NCBI GenBank assembly: GCA_023213395.1
Contig: CM041465.1
Location: 213,535,741-213,599,740, forward strand
Reading direction: 5' to 3'
Source: Cycas panzhihuaensis
Lineage: Eukaryota; Plantae; Cycadophyta
DNA length: 64,000 nt
The position numbers and the translations under genes were made by a program. Positions 29,639 through 44,913 of this stretch are shown here, piece by piece (the first letter of the stretch is position 1; every line of letters begins with the position of its first letter). The notes beneath the pieces were generated by a model. The model made no database searches and was not told the DNA's origin. It worked only from the letters and a program-made list of their open reading frames with translations.

Positions 29639-32600
29639 ATGTCTTCATAGTTTAACCAAAAGATGAACTACATTTTAAAAAGGAAAGAAAATTAGGACAC
29701 ATGTTTCATTGGTGTTAAAAATGCTGTAAAGTATGAAGGTCTTTGGAGAGATCACTTGTAACCTATACCATCTGTTGCAACTACAACTACCTCAACTACT
29801 TCTAGAGGAGGTGCTCCAACTACTCCCACTTAAGCTGCAGCTAAATGCCAATGGGAACTTGATGATGATAAAATTTATACAGGGATACTTCTTATCACTA
29901 ATTATTCCCTATATAATCTCATTGATGAAGCTATATATGATATATCGTAGAAAGTTCTTGAAGTTATTAAGAAGAACTTTGACATTAAGTCAGAGTTAGA
30001 ATTTGTTTACTTAGTGTTGAAGATGAACAAATTCAAAATGTAGAAAGGACATGCAAGTAAGACAATTAATATCCTTCATCCAATCAAGCAAGCCATTGAT
30101 AAATATTTCAAAACTCAATGTATTACATAGGCTTTCTTGATTCAGTCATGTCTTCATATCCTAGATTACAAAAATATACTGGGAAGTCTTCAATCTAATA
30201 GCACTTTGAAGACCTTAAACTTTGAGGATCTTGCTGATAAGTTTATTGAATTTAATAAGACCTTTGATACTAACTTTGCCACTATATCTGATCCAACTGA
30301 TACTGCTTTTGAAGTGGAAGAAGATCTTTGTTATACCAAAAATCAAGGTCAATACTCTTGTAGATGTGGTAATTCTCGTGGAAGAGGTAGAGGTAGATAA
30401 TAAGGGCAACGTCCTCTTGGTCAATAGGCTCCTCAACTTCAACAAAAATAGTCTTAAGGATGAGGCCAAAATAATCAACTTGGACCCAGATCTAATAATT
30501 AGAGATAATCCAACCAACCCAATACTTCTTATGGGACTGGAAATTAAATAATTGTATGCCAAGATGTAATAAGAAAGGAAACTATACCAAAAATTACAGA
30601 ACTGCCACTAATAAACTACCAAGCTATCAATAATACCATGGTGCATATAATATTGATACTACTTCTTTTAAAGATGCTTTTGGTGGAACGCAATTTGCTT
30701 ATGCACACTTTCAAAGAATTAGGACCATTTCATTAAATGTTGTTGATATATCCACTAAGTATATTGAGGCTCATTGTGGCTATGCTTATTTACTTTTTCC
30801 TTGACCACTTGGAGTTGTAAATAACGCCCCCTCAAATGATTCATCTTGGATCATGGATACTGGAGCAACATAATACATGACTTGTCATCACCAATTCTTT
30901 TAGGATTTTGACTCTAAAATTTATGGTATTATACACATGGCTGATAAATCATCTTAGGCAGTTGAAGGACTAGGAACAGTTTGCTTGAAACTCTCATGCC
31001 TTCTAGATTTAACCCTTATTGATATTTTATACATTCTTACTCTGAAGCAAAACCTACTCTCCCTATTCACCCTTGTCTCTCATGGTTTTGATCTGAGTGT
31101 AACTACAAATAATCAAACTCTTTGTGTCATTCACCCTCCTTCAAATGTTGTGGTTAGGACCATAATTCTTGATGGCAAGCTTTTTTGCCTAACTAGCTCA
31201 CCATCCTCTGAAGCTAACTATGCTGATGATGACTTTGCTTTTACCATAACCCTAATTCCTTAAACATTATCCCAAGTGGCTTTATGGCATGCTCGTATGG
31301 GCCATATCAAAATTGATTGTTTAAGAGAACTACATACCACTCTTCTTGGTATGCTTAGGCTCTCCTCTAAGCCCTTCAAATGCGAAGCATATATCATTGC
31401 CAAATCTCAAAAATAACCCTTTCCTCGTAGTCAGTGGAAATCTAGCTAACCTTTGTAGCTTATACACTTAGATATATGCAGTCCTATGCATATCCCTTCT
31501 CTCAAATATAAGTGGTACTATATTACTTTTATTGATGATTTTACTAAGAAAGTATGGGTTACTTTTCTTGTAAACAGAGATGAAGCCTTTTCTATGTTTC
31601 AAGCTTTCAAGGCCCTCATGGAAAATAAATCTGGATTCAAGATAAAAATGCTTAGGATTGATGATAGTGGCGAGTACATATTTAATGAGTTTGAATTGTA
31701 CCTATGTTAGCATGGAATTAAACATCAAACTACGGTTATAGGTATACCCCAATAAAATAGAGTTTTAGAGTGCATGAATAGGACCATCATGAATATGGCT
31801 CGTACTATGCTAGTATATAAGAATATCCCTGTCTATCTTTGGGCTGAGGCTATCTAGATTGCTATGTATTGCATCAACACTATTAGTCCCTCCAAGCTTG
31901 GCCCCTCTTCACATGAAATATGGTATGGACAAACTTGCTCTATCTCCCACTTTAGAATTTTCGGCTCTACTTGTTATGCTCACATTCTAGAGGAACACAG
32001 AAACAAGCTCCAAGATAGAGCCCTCAAAGGCATCTTTGTCAGATACCTTATGGACAAAAAAGGGTACAAGGTTTTTATGCCTTCACAATATAAAATTATC
32101 ATCACTAGAGATGTTATCTTTGTAGAGACTGAAGATCAATTACTCAGACTTGACTCCAAGACACCTTCATACTAATTTAATGATACTACTAAATTTGATA
32201 TACATATTCCAAAATTTGGGGAGGGAGATACTCCACAGTTGCTCAAAATCTTGGAATCTGATAATAGAGCCCCAAAGGATACAAGCTATGACTTCTAGCC
32301 AATGTGTACACATCTAGCACCATCATTTACAAATAGCCAAGTTGACAAAGGCAAAGCCATAGGAGAAGGACCATCTTCTCCAACATCAATGGATGGCCCA
32401 TCTTCTATAGCATCGTCAACTTCCTCCATGTCAAACATTTCATATAATCCTTTTCAGGATCAAAACGAAGATTAAAAGGCTGTGGAAATAAAAACCTCAT
32501 TCCTAACTCGAGGTTTTCGTGAAGCCTACCAGCTACATAAGGATATGCGACCAGATGAGGTAGACAAAACAGACACTAGAAGTTCCCATGGAGCAAGGAT

Positions 32601-34108
32601 GCATGAATCACTTTTCATTGAGCTTGAACTAAAGGAACTACACCTTGCTCTTAATGAAGAGCCCTTAACATACTAAGAAGCTATAAAGCATGCAGCTTGG
32701 AGAAATGCCATGAATGAAGAGTACCAATCTCTTATCAAGAATGGTACATGGGAGCTTATTAATCTACCACTTGGAATAAAGGTAGTTCAAAATAAATGGG
32801 TGTTCAAAAATAAGTATAGATTAGATGGCACCCTAGACAAATATAAGATAAGGTTGGTAGCAAAAGTATTCATGCAAAGGGAATGCATTGACTACGTTGA
32901 AATCTTTGCTTCTATAACCAAGTGACCTACAATCAAAACTCTTATAGCCTTGGTGCTCAACAGGGTTGAAAAATCTACCAACTTGATGTTAAGACTGCAT
33001 TTCTCAATGGGGACCTTAAAGAAGAAATTTACATGGCTCAACCAGAAGGATATGAGATTATCGGTCAGGAGCATAAGGGTTGCAAGTTTAGAAAGTCCTT
33101 GTATGGCCTAAAATAAGCCCCTCATGCTTGGTTTACTAACTTGTCTAAAAGAATGAGATCACTTAGATACGAGGTTTATGACTATCAAGATATTTATACA
33201 ACATTATTCATCAAGCACCAAAATGATAAAGTTACTTACCTCTTAATCTTTGTGGATGATATGTTAATAACAAGGAATAATGAATAGGTAATTAGCCAGT
33301 TGAAGAAGGACCTTACTAAAACTTTTAAATTGTCTGGCCTCAGGTTGATGAAATATTACTTAGGAATTGAAGTAACTCAAAAGAATGGCAAAATCTTTCT
33401 TTCCCAAGAAAAATATATCAAAGATCTTCTAACAAAATTTTAGTTGGAAGGTGCTCGACCAATGGATATACCTATAGAACCTAATATTAAACTCTCAGGT
33501 GATGGTGACACTAGGGAGGCAGACGTAACACTCTACATGCAAATTGTAAGTAGTCTCATCTATACTACCAACACAAGACCAGATATTATATACTTTGTTG
33601 GTATTCTTGCAAGATTCATGACAAATCCTAAGCAAAATCACTAGAAAGATGCAATATAAGTGTTGAGGTGCCTGAAGACAACCAGTAAATATGGTTTGTT
33701 GTATGAACCTAATGCAAAATTTAAACTTTATGCATACATAGACTCAGATTTTGTCAGAGATAAAGACACAAGAAGATCTATGTATGGGTATATAATATTT
33801 CTTGGAACAACACCAATATTATGGAGATCCACATGACAGAAAATAGTTACAAACTCAATTGTTAAAGCTAAACATATTATTGCTTCTGAGATAAGCAAGG
33901 AGGTGATATGGCTTAGAAAATTGTTGAATATATTAAATGCCACCTAAACAAGTTCTACTAGCTTACATGTAGATAATTAATCTACAATCCAAATGGCTAA
34001 AAATCTTGTATTTTATGGTCGTACTAAACATATAAGTATGAAAGTCCACAAGATTATAGAACTAGTTCATGATAGCACAATTTAACTGGATAGCTGTCCC
34101 ACAGCAAA
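29639..34108 (+). pseudogene. Copia gag-pol (Zn knuckle, protease, integrase, RT, 5' part of RNase H), disrupted
   Basis: WIMDTGAT; LWHARMGH; YYITFIDDFTKKVWV; EEYQSLIKNGTWEL; [11 protein letters not shown]; FVDDM; TRPDI; RTKHI. Confidence 0.93.
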
Positions 34109-34454
34109 TGGACTATTTCTTCTTAGAAATTTGGACTTGGAAGTGCAAAAATTAGTAGAAAATGAAGCCAAAATAATGCAAGTGCACAGGTGGATCACAG
34201 ATAGTGAATCACCAAAATGAGTACCAAAGTACTTTCTCTTTCAAGATACCATACTTGGTGACATTACAAGTGATTCAACCTTTTAAATACATAAGTAAGG
34301 GTTTTCATCTTTATGATTCTATTAGTGGCCCTAGTGGCCTTATATCTTATTGGACGGCTTAGCGGTCCATACACACATCTTAATAAACATATTAATCCTT
34401 ACTTACTGGTGGCTCTTGCTCACTAATGCCAAGGAAATGTGGGGTTATGTTACA
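34109..34454 (-). repeat. Chromovirus 3' LTR (346 bp)
   Basis: TGGAC...GTTACA; matches the split copy at 40308/46960. Confidence 0.95.
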
Positions 34455-37400
34455 GGTCCCCCCCTCTGAGACACTGAGTCCTCGCAGCTTTGGAGATGAG
34501 GATGTTTTTGGATGAACTTGTCAGATTCCTAAGTAGCTTCATCAGCATCGTAGCTGACCCATTATACCAAGTGTTTAGAAATAGTGCAATCCCAGAGGTG
34601 GCATTGGTGACTGGCAAGGATTTTATTAAGAGGAATTGTAAGAGTTTGCTCTGCAGAGAGAATGGGTAAGGTTGTGTGGGATGTAAATTTAGTGCCAAGG
34701 TATTATTTTAGGTAGGACACATTGAAAACATTATGGATATTAGTATTTAGAGGGAGTTCAAGGGCATAAGCAACTTCACCGATTTTGTGTAGGATCTTAT
34801 AAGGGCCATAGTAGTGGGGGCTTAGTTTATGTCCTTGATGTGACTTAAGGGATTATTGCTTATAAGGTTAGAGGTGAAGGTATACTAGATCTCCAATATC
34901 AAAGGATCGATCAGATTAGTGGCAGTCTGTGAGTTTCTTCATTCGATTTCAGGCGATGGCTAAATTCTATTGAAGGGTATGCAAGATTTGATCCTTTTCG
35001 TGAAGCTTTTATTGTACAGAAGCTATTCAAAAGTTTATGGCTAGGGTATGGCGGGAAGGTGGGTGGTAGCCATAAAGAGCCAAAAAGAGGGACATACCAA
35101 TGGCAGAATGATGGGAAGAGTTATACTAATACTCGGCTAAGGCAAGCTATGAGGTCCACTTAGCTTAGTGTTCTGAGGCAAAGTAATATAGATAAGTTTC
35201 TAAAGTTTTGTTTAGAACCTTAGATTGGCCATCTATTTATGGGTGGTAGGAAGAACTCATATTAAGTGAGGTTCCAACAGACTTAAAGAGTTCTTGCCAA
35301 AAGGATCTAGTAAACTTAGGGTCTCGGTCATAAACGATAGATGATGGGAAGCCATGGAGATGAAATATGAATTAGATGTATAAGTCAGCACGATGGGAGG
35401 ATGAATATGAGGTGTGCATTAAGAGAAAGTATGAGTACTTGGTTAATCAATCAATGACTACCCAAATGGAGTCAAACCTGACAGATGGAGGTAGGCATGT
35501 GATGAATTCTATGGCAATATCTTGCCACTTGCCTTGAGGAATATTTAATGGTTAGAGAAGGTAAGGGAGAGGTTTGGTTTATATTTTATTTCGTTGATAG
35601 GTGTCGCATTCTAATACGAAGGTGAATATGGTGATCTTCATATGGGGCCAAAAGAAATTTACGTAAATTTGTTGACAAGTCTTATCAAAACCAAAGTGGC
35701 TAACGAGGGGGGACAAGTGGCATTCTGTTATGATTTTAGGGATGAATGAGGAGGAGGGATGATTAGAGATACGATTGTGGTAGAGGAGGTGATTTTTAAA
35801 GGTTGACCAATATTTATGGGTGAGAACTTTTTTTCTCCAATTAGGATAGTCTGGCTGGGCTTGGTTTTCAATGCATAATTCATCAAGCCAAAGTGGTTGG
35901 GGATTGCTGATGGCATGGAGGCTTGGGTTAGGAACATTATCATCAGGGTGAAGATGTGAAAATCCATATGCCATTGTATTGTCTTTGTCATTTTTATATG
36001 CTATTGAGAAGTCAAAGACTTATAATTAGTGAACCCACTTAGCTTGTTCTTTAGATAAGACTAGTTGAGTCAATAAATTATGGAGGCTATGATGATCTGT
36101 GAGAATAGTGAACTTAGAGCCTAAGAGATATTACTGCCATTTATTAATAGCGTGAAGAATAACCTTCATGTCTTTCTAATATGTAGAGAGACGAAGCTCG
36201 TGATCTTTTAATTTTCAACTTTCAAATGCAATGGGATGAGAGTCTTGCATTAGGATTATGCCTAAACCAAACCCAGAACCATTACATTCAAGTTGGAAGG
36301 GTTGGTTGAAATTAGGAGTGATGAGGACTAGAGTGGAGGTCATTACGACCTTGAGGTGAGAAAAGGCAACATCCACTTCTAGAGACCATTGGAAAGCCTC
36401 TTTGTGAAGGGGGTTGGTTAATGGGGTGGCAAGAGTAGCATAATTATGCATGAAGCATCGATAAAAACCAGTGAGCCCAAGGAATGCTTATGGTTGGGTA
36501 AGAGTGGTAGGTGTTGGCCATGTTGTGATGACTGATATTTTATCAGGGTCTACGCGTACCCCTTCTGATGATATGATGTGACCTAAATAATTGAGTTCTG
36601 ATTATCCAAACTCACACTTAGATAGTTTTACATAGAGTTGGTGGTTTTGTAATATTTGGAGAATATTTCTATGTGTTAAATATGGTGATCCAAGTAGGCA
36701 CTATAAATAAGAATGTCATCGAAGAAAACTATAACAAACTTTCAAATGTAGAGACCAAAGATTTTATTCATGAGAGTTTAAAAGGTTGTTGGGGTATTGC
36801 AAAGGCCAAAAGGCATTGCACAAAACTCAAAATGGCCATGATGTGTGCAAAATGCTACCTTATGGCAATCTTGTGGGGAAATTAGGATTTGGTAGTACCC
36901 AGATTAGAGGTCTAACTTAGAAAAAATGGTTGTGCCATGGATTTCATCCAACATGTCATCTATGAGAGGGGTAGGAAACTCATTTTTAATGGTAATCTTA
37001 TTTAATTTCCTATAATCAACATAAAGGTGAAAGGAACCATCCTTCTTCCTAACTAAGACAATTGGGGTTGCATAAGGGCTTTTACTTGGTTAGATTATGC
37101 CCATGTTAAAGAGCTCGTTTGTGAGTTTCTCAATTTCATTCTTTTAGAAGTATGAGTTATGATAAGGTCAAAGGTTAATAGGGTCATGGTTAGATTGGAG
37201 GTCAATTGTATGATAGAAACCATGGTTGGGAGGGGTAGTGGTAGGCAGAGGGACAAATACTTATTCATATTGGGTAATGACATCTTGGATGCATGGATGA
37301 ATTTATGGTGCGATTTGAATTTTATTGAGACAGACTATATATCCTAGGTGAGATTGAAGATGGTGCTTCATATGTCCAGGAGAGACCACTTGGTTAGGTG

Positions 37401-38988
37401 GGGATTGTATTCCATAAATTTTGTGATTTTGACCTATGTGGTCTTTGAAGGCAATGAATGGATTTATAGGTGAGTTGTTCATGCTATAGGTCCTTAGTGT
37501 TTGCAACCATTAAATCCCCAAGATAACATCAGATCCTCCTATTGACAAGGCATAGAAATCTGACACTAAAAGGTATGAGCTAATTTGGTCTTGGAGGTTT
37601 TTAATAACACCTACACAATGGAGTTTCTGGTACCCTAGTAGAGAACATGTGAAGCAAGTTTTTAGGACAATATATAGGTTGAGTTGTCTAGCAATCGAAA
37701 TATCAATGAAGTTAACTGACACACCACCATCGATCAAGATGGATATTGGAGTCTTACAGAGGATGCCTCTAACTCTTAGGGGTTCAGGGTAGGAGGAGGT
37801 AGTGACAATAAATATCGATACTTCAGGTTGGGGGTCTGGTGTAGGTTCATCATGGGTTTCATCGTCAGCCTCATGGTCAGAGTCAGAGTCAGAGGGATCA
37901 TTAGGGGAGAGGGATAGGTTGATGGAGAAAACCATACATCGTGCTTTGCAAAAGTGGCCATGTCCAAAAGTCCATTTTTCTATACATTACATATAAAGGC
38001 CAGCCTTTAGTTGGCGTTGTGCTTCAGCTTGAGAAATTTAGACTCTTTTGGTGGATGTGTCATCATTTTGGTGATCAGTAGATGGGTGGGTGGAATCATC
38101 CTATTGTGGCTAAGGACATGTGAAGTCAGCTTGAGGATAAGAGGTATCATCAAATTGAGGTTGAGGTCACTAGAAGTTTGACTGTCGAGTGTGTGAGGAC
38201 TAAGAGTTATGCCGACGAATAGTTGAGGGTCTATCTATTGCAAACTCAGCTTCTACTGCACAGGCCCACTTGAAAGCTTCCTTAAGGGAGTAGATTGCCA
38301 TTATCTTTAATCTCATCTGAATACAGTCTTAGAGTCCCACCACATAAATATCAATCATGGTTTATTTGTCCAAGTTTTGGCTTTGTGGCGCACAATTATA
38401 TAAGGCTTGAAATTCATTCATGTAAGCCTCTACAATTAAGGTCTGCTTAAGCTGAGTGAGTTGTGTAAAGAAAGATTAACTCCATGTATCTTCATATTGT
38501 TCAAAGAAATAGCTAGTGAAGTAGGACCATGTTTGGTGAGAGGGATATTCTCGCTTCAACCAATTAAACTAATGATGAACTCAACCATCTAAGTGAATGG
38601 AAGTGTATAAGAGTTGGTCCTCTTCTGACATCAGGTAAAGAGTGAAGTAGGATTCTAACTTGTTAATCCAGCTTTGAGTGCACTCTCTATTCACATTTGG
38701 ATCAAAGGTAAGAATGCTGATTTTATAGTGGAAAAAGGGTTGTCTTGGTGGAGAACCTCCTATATTGCTTCCTTGAAAAGGAGGAGGTTGGTTGCCTATT
38801 GAGTTAGAAGTTCCTATGCTTTGGAGTTGAGGTGGCAACAACTGCTAAAGCTAACTAAGAATCTCTCCCCTAGTGTTATCCAGGTCAGATTTAGTAGGCA
38901 TGTCGTTGAGTCTATCGTTGACCTCTATTTTGAAGTTAGATAAGTCATTTATCAACTTAAAAATTTTCTCTATTTGAGTTTTTGTCAT
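34455..38988 (-). pseudogene. Chromovirus gag-PR-RT-RH-INT-chromodomain polyprotein, disrupted
   Basis: WINKLESYF (gag); ILIDGGVSVNFID; [16 protein letters not shown]; FFDDILIYS; HYYGPYKIL; chromodomain HLV*WVSYDADEAT*ES...HPHL..EDSV..RGG running into the PPT. Confidence 0.92.
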
Positions 38989-40293
38989 TAGAGCTGAAGA
39001 AAGGGATTAAAGAAGCAAGAACAAGTAGAGAGAAGGGAAATAAATGAAATGGGATAGAGCAAGAAAGAACAAGATATAAGAATAGGGAGTTATTATAAGG
39101 AAAGAAGGGGCGAATAAAGGGATGTGGGGTGTCTATAGCCCGTTGATCCCAAATTACATAAGAAAAATATTTGGCCCACTAGAAAGAGCATAAAAAACTC
39201 ATCAAAATGGGGTGTATGAGTTTTAAGGTTAATTTGAAGTGGTAGGACCCACCAGTGGCCTAGGTATAGAAAGAGTGAAAATTGGGAGCATAAACTAACC
39301 TAGTGCAAAATGACCCTTACGATATGTTGATCAAATTGAAGTATATGAGTTATAATTATAATTTTTTTTTTTTTCTTTTGCACCATGAGTAATGGCTAAG
39401 TGGAGTTTTTTTTATTTTATTTTGTTATTATTATTATTTTTCTTTTCTTTTATTTATTTTTCTTCTTTCTTTTTTTTTTGGTCTTGGAAGCTTGACTGTT
39501 CTGACAAGTTTTGAATTCAGGCAGTAAGTGGCTTGTGGTCTTAATTAAGACTGAGGTAGGGGAAGCAAGGCGGAATGATCAGATGTGTGCTACCCACTAA
39601 AAGATGAGGTGTGCTTGGTCTTATAGGCATGCCAATAAACTTCTGATGTAGAAGTTTAGGGCAGGTAACTTTGTGGCACTAACCACTCACCATTGCACTA
39701 TAAGACCTCAACGACCGATAATTTTCCTATACTAGGGAGGGTTTTGGGATCCTAAAGGGGTCCTTCTATATACTCAAAGGTAAGTGGAGGCACACTTCTG
39801 TAGCCAGGTTTTGTCTAAGGCTTGGTTCAGGAGTGTTATCTCCAGTCCTTCACACAAGGGGTGGAAAATCCATAATGCACTTATCTAGAATGATAGATCC
39901 CTGTGATATTTAAAGACCCCCAGCATAGGGTTTCTACCTAATTACTTGGGTAGCCACCCAACAATGTTATCTACCTAAGAAGGAGAGGTGGGAGGAGAAA
40001 CAAAGGGTAGTCACCTAACGATATTATCTACCCTTGGAATATAACTCAATGCAGAAAAAGAAAACTAAAAACTAAATTGAAAGTAGAAGAAATAAATTAC
40101 TTGCGTTACCTAAAGGAAGAAATTCCCGTTCACTTCGTGACCTCTAATCTATCCTTCTACCATTCCTCAATCTCCTTTGAGAGAGTACTAAATGAAGGTC
40201 TTTCCTCAATCCCTACCTAGGTAGAGAGAGTACTCAATCATACAGGAAAAAAAAATTTTACTTTTCTGGGCAGCTTCCCACGATCGTGACACA

Positions 40294-40305
40294 GCTCTGA
40301 TACCA
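40294..40305 (-). promoter_or_regulatory. PBS, tRNA-iMet
   Basis: GCTCTGATACCA on the plus strand, 2 nt before the LTR. Confidence 0.95.
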
Positions 40306-40307
40306 CT

Positions 40308-40578
40308 TGGACTGTTCCTTCTTAGAAATCTAGACTTGTAGATGTGAAAATTAGCAAAAAATGAAGCCAAAATAATGAAAGTGTGTAGGTAGATCATAGA
40401 TAGTGAATCATCAAAATGAGTATCAAAGTATTTTCTCTTTTAAAATACCATACTCAATAACATTACAAGCAATTTAACCCTTTAATTACACAAGTAAGGG
40501 TCTTCATCCTTATGATTCTATTGGTGGCCTTAATGGTCTTACATCTTATTGGATGACTTAGCAGTCCATACACATCTT
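40308..40578 (-). repeat. Chromovirus 5' LTR, left segment (interrupted by L1)
   Basis: Aligns to 34109-34381. Confidence 0.95.
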
Positions 40579-40719
40579 TTTTTTTTTTTTGATATGGTAA
40601 AAATGATATTAATAGGGGTTTTATCTGGATCCCCAAACCCTGTACATCAAGCCAAACGGCTTAGCAGCTATGACCATGACAGGCCCATGGTCGAGCCCCA
40701 ACAGAGCCTCCCATCCTCC

Positions 40720-43700
40720 TCAACTTGTCCCTGTTTGTGCTTCAGCCCTAACCAGTCTCAATAACTCCTCTGGATATTCCTCTTCCCACACTTTTGTAGT
40801 TTTATTTGACATGCCCCGCTTTGCACCCAACTGCTGTCGAAGTTCCCTTCCCTGAAAGTATGCTGAATCTGCACACCAACTTTTGATCTCAAAATATCCT
40901 GGACATCCCTGAAGATATCTACGTTTTCCCATCCCGGGTCCGCTTCTCCCTTCAAACATTTTATTACATACATTGAGTCACCTTCTATGACCACCTTTTG
41001 GGTTTCCTCCTCGTCCATCAGAGTTATCGCTTTCAGCATCGCTCGCACCTCGGCCTTCTGGTTTGACTGGATTCCTAGATACTCTACAAAAGCCCATCTC
41101 AAGTTACCACCATGATCCCTACACAGGCCTCCCCCTCCCGCCTCCCTGGGGTTACCTTTAGCCGCTCCATCAAAGTTCACCTTTCCCCATTGAATATCTG
41201 GAGGATGCCATTTAACATCCCTGCTCCTCTCCCTGACACTCCTCTGGGAAACAAGGCCCCACTCTTTTATGATAGCTTCTTCCCTCTCTGGAATCCTATC
41301 CCCCTTAAGCAGAACCAACATTTCTGAGATGCCTTTTCTTATCTCCACTATCAGGGTCAGACAATCCTTCTCTCTTCCCTTGAAAATCCTCCTATTTCGT
41401 TCTTTCCAGATATACCATAAACCGACCGGAAGAATCATCTTCTAGAGTCTGATGAGAGTTTTGCTTTTGAAAGGGGGAATCCACGCTGTCCACTGATCTA
41501 TTAGGGATTTAGATGAAACCTAGGCTATCCCCATCCCAGACCAAAAGTTACTCCATATGCACACCGAGTATGGACAATGAATGCTTAGGTGATCCAAGGT
41601 TTCAGCATCCCTTTTGCAAAGCACACACCTACTAGCCAACTAAATGCCCCTTTTCGATAAATTATCCAGGGTAAGTAATTTATTTTGGAGACATAATCAC
41701 CAAAAAGCAGCTATTTTTGGAAGAATTCCTAACTTCCAAACCCCAGCTAATATGTCGTTCTTGTCCCAGCCCTCCCTGCTCATCCTCAGATTATAACCGG
41801 CTTTAACCGAATATGAACCCAAGGATGAGGGGGGCCATACCAGAGTGTCTGGCACAGACCTCTTCAGAATATATTGGTTTCCTAGAATCTCCCCCACTCT
41901 TTGAATCTCCTCCTCAAGGCCTTGCAGTTCCTCAAAAGACCTCCAACTCCTATCCTTACCTTGCCCTACCCAGTAATCTTTAACTGTCGAGCCGAAATGA
42001 TTTACATATTCCCTCTTCATATTACCAATGTTAGGCAACTCCTCTAATTTAGAGTCACTGCACCATCTGTCTTCCCAAAACTTTATGCTTTCATCGTCCC
42101 CCAATTTCCATCTCATACCTTCGCAGAGGAGGGACCTTGCAGACCTAATGGCCCTCCAAATCGGGGAACCCTCCAAGCAATGCCCCTCCTCCAAAAGAAA
42201 GTGGTTGTCCCCCACATACTTCCTTGCCAGGATTCTCCCCCAGACCGCTCCAGCTTCTTTGATAAGTCTCCATCCTATCTTTCCCAAGAGGGCTTCATTA
42301 AAAAAATCTAACCTTCTTACGTTGAGACCCCCCACCCACTTTGGCTTGCAGACCCTTTCCCAAGACACTAGGTGGATTCTCCTCTTTTCTTTGGCACCTG
42401 ACCAAAGAAATCTCTTCATGATTCCCTCCAAAATGGATATAACCTTGCTTGACATCTTGAAGACTGTCATCTGGTAGACCGAGATACTCTGCAGAGAAGC
42501 CACCACAAGTTGAATTTTCCCTGCCCAACTGAGAAGAGCCCCTTTCCAACCCGCTAGCTTCTTGTTGAATCTGCTCACTATTGGGTCCCATAGATTCTGC
42601 CCCATCTTACCTACAAATAAAGGCATGCCGAGGTAGGAGCCAGGGAGAGAGCCCCTAGCCATCTCCAGGATCCTACATATTCTCCTTTGCTGCCCCTCCG
42701 AGGTATTAATAAAGAAAGTCGAGCTTTTATCCAAATTAATTTTCTGATTTGTAGCCTTTTCATAAGCCTGAAGGCCCGCTTTTAAAGCCCTAGCCTCCTC
42801 CAGAGAAGCCCTACACAAGAAAATATTATCGTCTACAAACTGATGGAACACAATATTTTCTAGGTTGGAAGTAGCTCTCAAACCTAAAAGCCTCTAGCGT
42901 AGCCCTACCAAGCATTTCGGCCATGATAATGAATAAGAAGGGGGAGAGGGGATCACCTTGCCTCAAACCCCTCGACCCGTTAAAAAAGGGGGTCGACCTG
43001 CCATTAATCAACACCGAAAAAGAGACTCTAGATACACAACATTTTATCCAATCTCTCCAAACCTCCCCAAAACCAAATGCTTCGAGACAGTCCCAATGTA
43101 TCCCAAGCCACCCTATCATAGGCTTTTGACATATCTGTTTTAATTATCATACCCGCATCCTTGCGATGAAGCGTCGAATGCAGGGTTTTGTGGACAATTA
43201 TAATACCATCCGAGATTTGTCTACCTTTCACAAAACCATCTTGGTTAGGAGAAATAACATTTGGTAAGGTCTCCCTTAGGCGGTTTGCTAACACTTTGGA
43301 CAATATCTTATATTTTACGTTGCACAAACTTATAGGTCTGAAGTCTTCCATGACTTCCACTCCCTCCTTCTTCGGAATCAGCGCAAAAAAGGTGGCCTAC
43401 CACTCCTTCAGAATTGTACGCCTTAAGCAGAATTCGTTAAGCGCCAGCATTAAGTCCTCCTTGATTATCTCCTAGTATTCTTAGAAAAATCCTGGAGGAA
43501 AACCATCCAGCCTAGGGGCCTTATCCCTACCCATCTTGAATACAACATTCTCTACCTCCTCCTCAGTAAAGGGTGCTGTCAGTTTATTATTGAGGTCCTC
43601 CGTGATCACTCTTGGAATATATTGTAATAGGGCAGCCCTAAGGGCAGGGTCCTGGCAGCCTGGCTCTGTGTATAGCTCCTTAAAGTACTCCATCGCAGCA

Positions 43701-44895
43701 CCACCGATCTGATCCTCGGCCTCATACACCACCCCATCCCTGCTACGGATTTTAGTGATCTTGTTATGGGCCCTATGTCTCAAAGTAGAGAGGTGGAAGA
43801 ACTTAGTGTTTCTGTCCCCCTCCCTTATCCACTACTCTCTAGACTTCTGGTTCCAAAAGATTTCCTCCTTCTCCAGCACCTCCTCTAGTTTCCTGGAAGT
43901 GGAGAATTCCCTATTACCCAACTCTTGGGTTCTTCCTTCGATCTGGATCCTATCCTCGATCTCTTTGAGCTCCCCCATCAATCCACCCTTATTCTCAAAA
44001 ATATTTCCAAAGACCTCCCTGTTCCAGACCTTAATTTGTTGCTTGATCCAGTTCAATTTCTTCGAGAACCTGTACATGGCGCAACCCTGAACCTGGATAC
44101 TCCACCATTCCCAAATCCTCTCCCTCAACTCTGGATGTTTCAACCACATTAGTTCAAAATGAAATGGAGCCCCCTTATGGGAATCCGGGATGGACCCCTC
44201 TAAGATGAGAGGCGTGTGGCCTGACCCAAACTTTGGCAGGGCTTCCAACCTTACACCCTTAAAATGACAGGCCCATTCATAGTTTGTTAACATCCTGTCT
44301 AGTCTGCATTGTATATGGTTATGACCTAGTCTCCTGTTGGACCAGGTAAACCTGGCTCCTCTAAGGGGCACATCCATCAAACCACCCGATTGCACGAACA
44401 CCCCTAGATCGGTCATACTTCTAGTCCATCCTCCTTGCCCCCCTTTCTTCTCATCCAGACTCAGGGGAGAGTTAAAATCCCCACCCACCAGCCAGGGGCC
44501 TCCCCAGTCTTTGTGGATCTCCACCAGGCTCTCCCATAATCTCCTCCTACCCTCAACCGAAGTGGGGGCGTAGATGTTTGTAATCCAATACTCCTTATTA
44601 GTCAGGAGACTGACCAGACCAATGGTTAAGAAGTGTTCAGTCTTGCATAGCTCAAAACCTTTCCACCTTTTGGAATCCAGAGAGAGGCGAAACCCCTGGA
44701 GCCCGCTGAGCCTACACATGTCTTCCTCTCTCCTTTTCTCTAAATCTTATTGAGCACCTCTGTCTCCTTAATCTGTTCTAGTTTGGTTTCCTATAAGAGA
44801 ATAAGATCCGGATCTACCCTAATCCTTAATTCTCTATCAATTCTCTGCTTAGATGGGGCATTTAACCCCCTGATGTTCTATGAGAGGACCTTCAT
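40720..44895 (-). pseudogene. L1 ORF2: AP endonuclease, RT, zf-RVT, RNase H (several stops and frameshifts)
   Basis: MKVLS*NIRGLN; GGDFN; RLDR; FRPISLCNVKYKILSKVLANRL; [13 protein letters not shown]; QFVDD; KVNFDGAAKGNP..EGDS..HTFREGN. Confidence 0.95.
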
Positions 44896-44913
44896 GAGGT
44901 GCCATATCTCTCC

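Noticed and set aside
40758-41438. Stand-alone RNase H gene
   Set aside because: It is the C-terminal domain of L1 ORF2, which is established for plant L1s, separated only by premature stops
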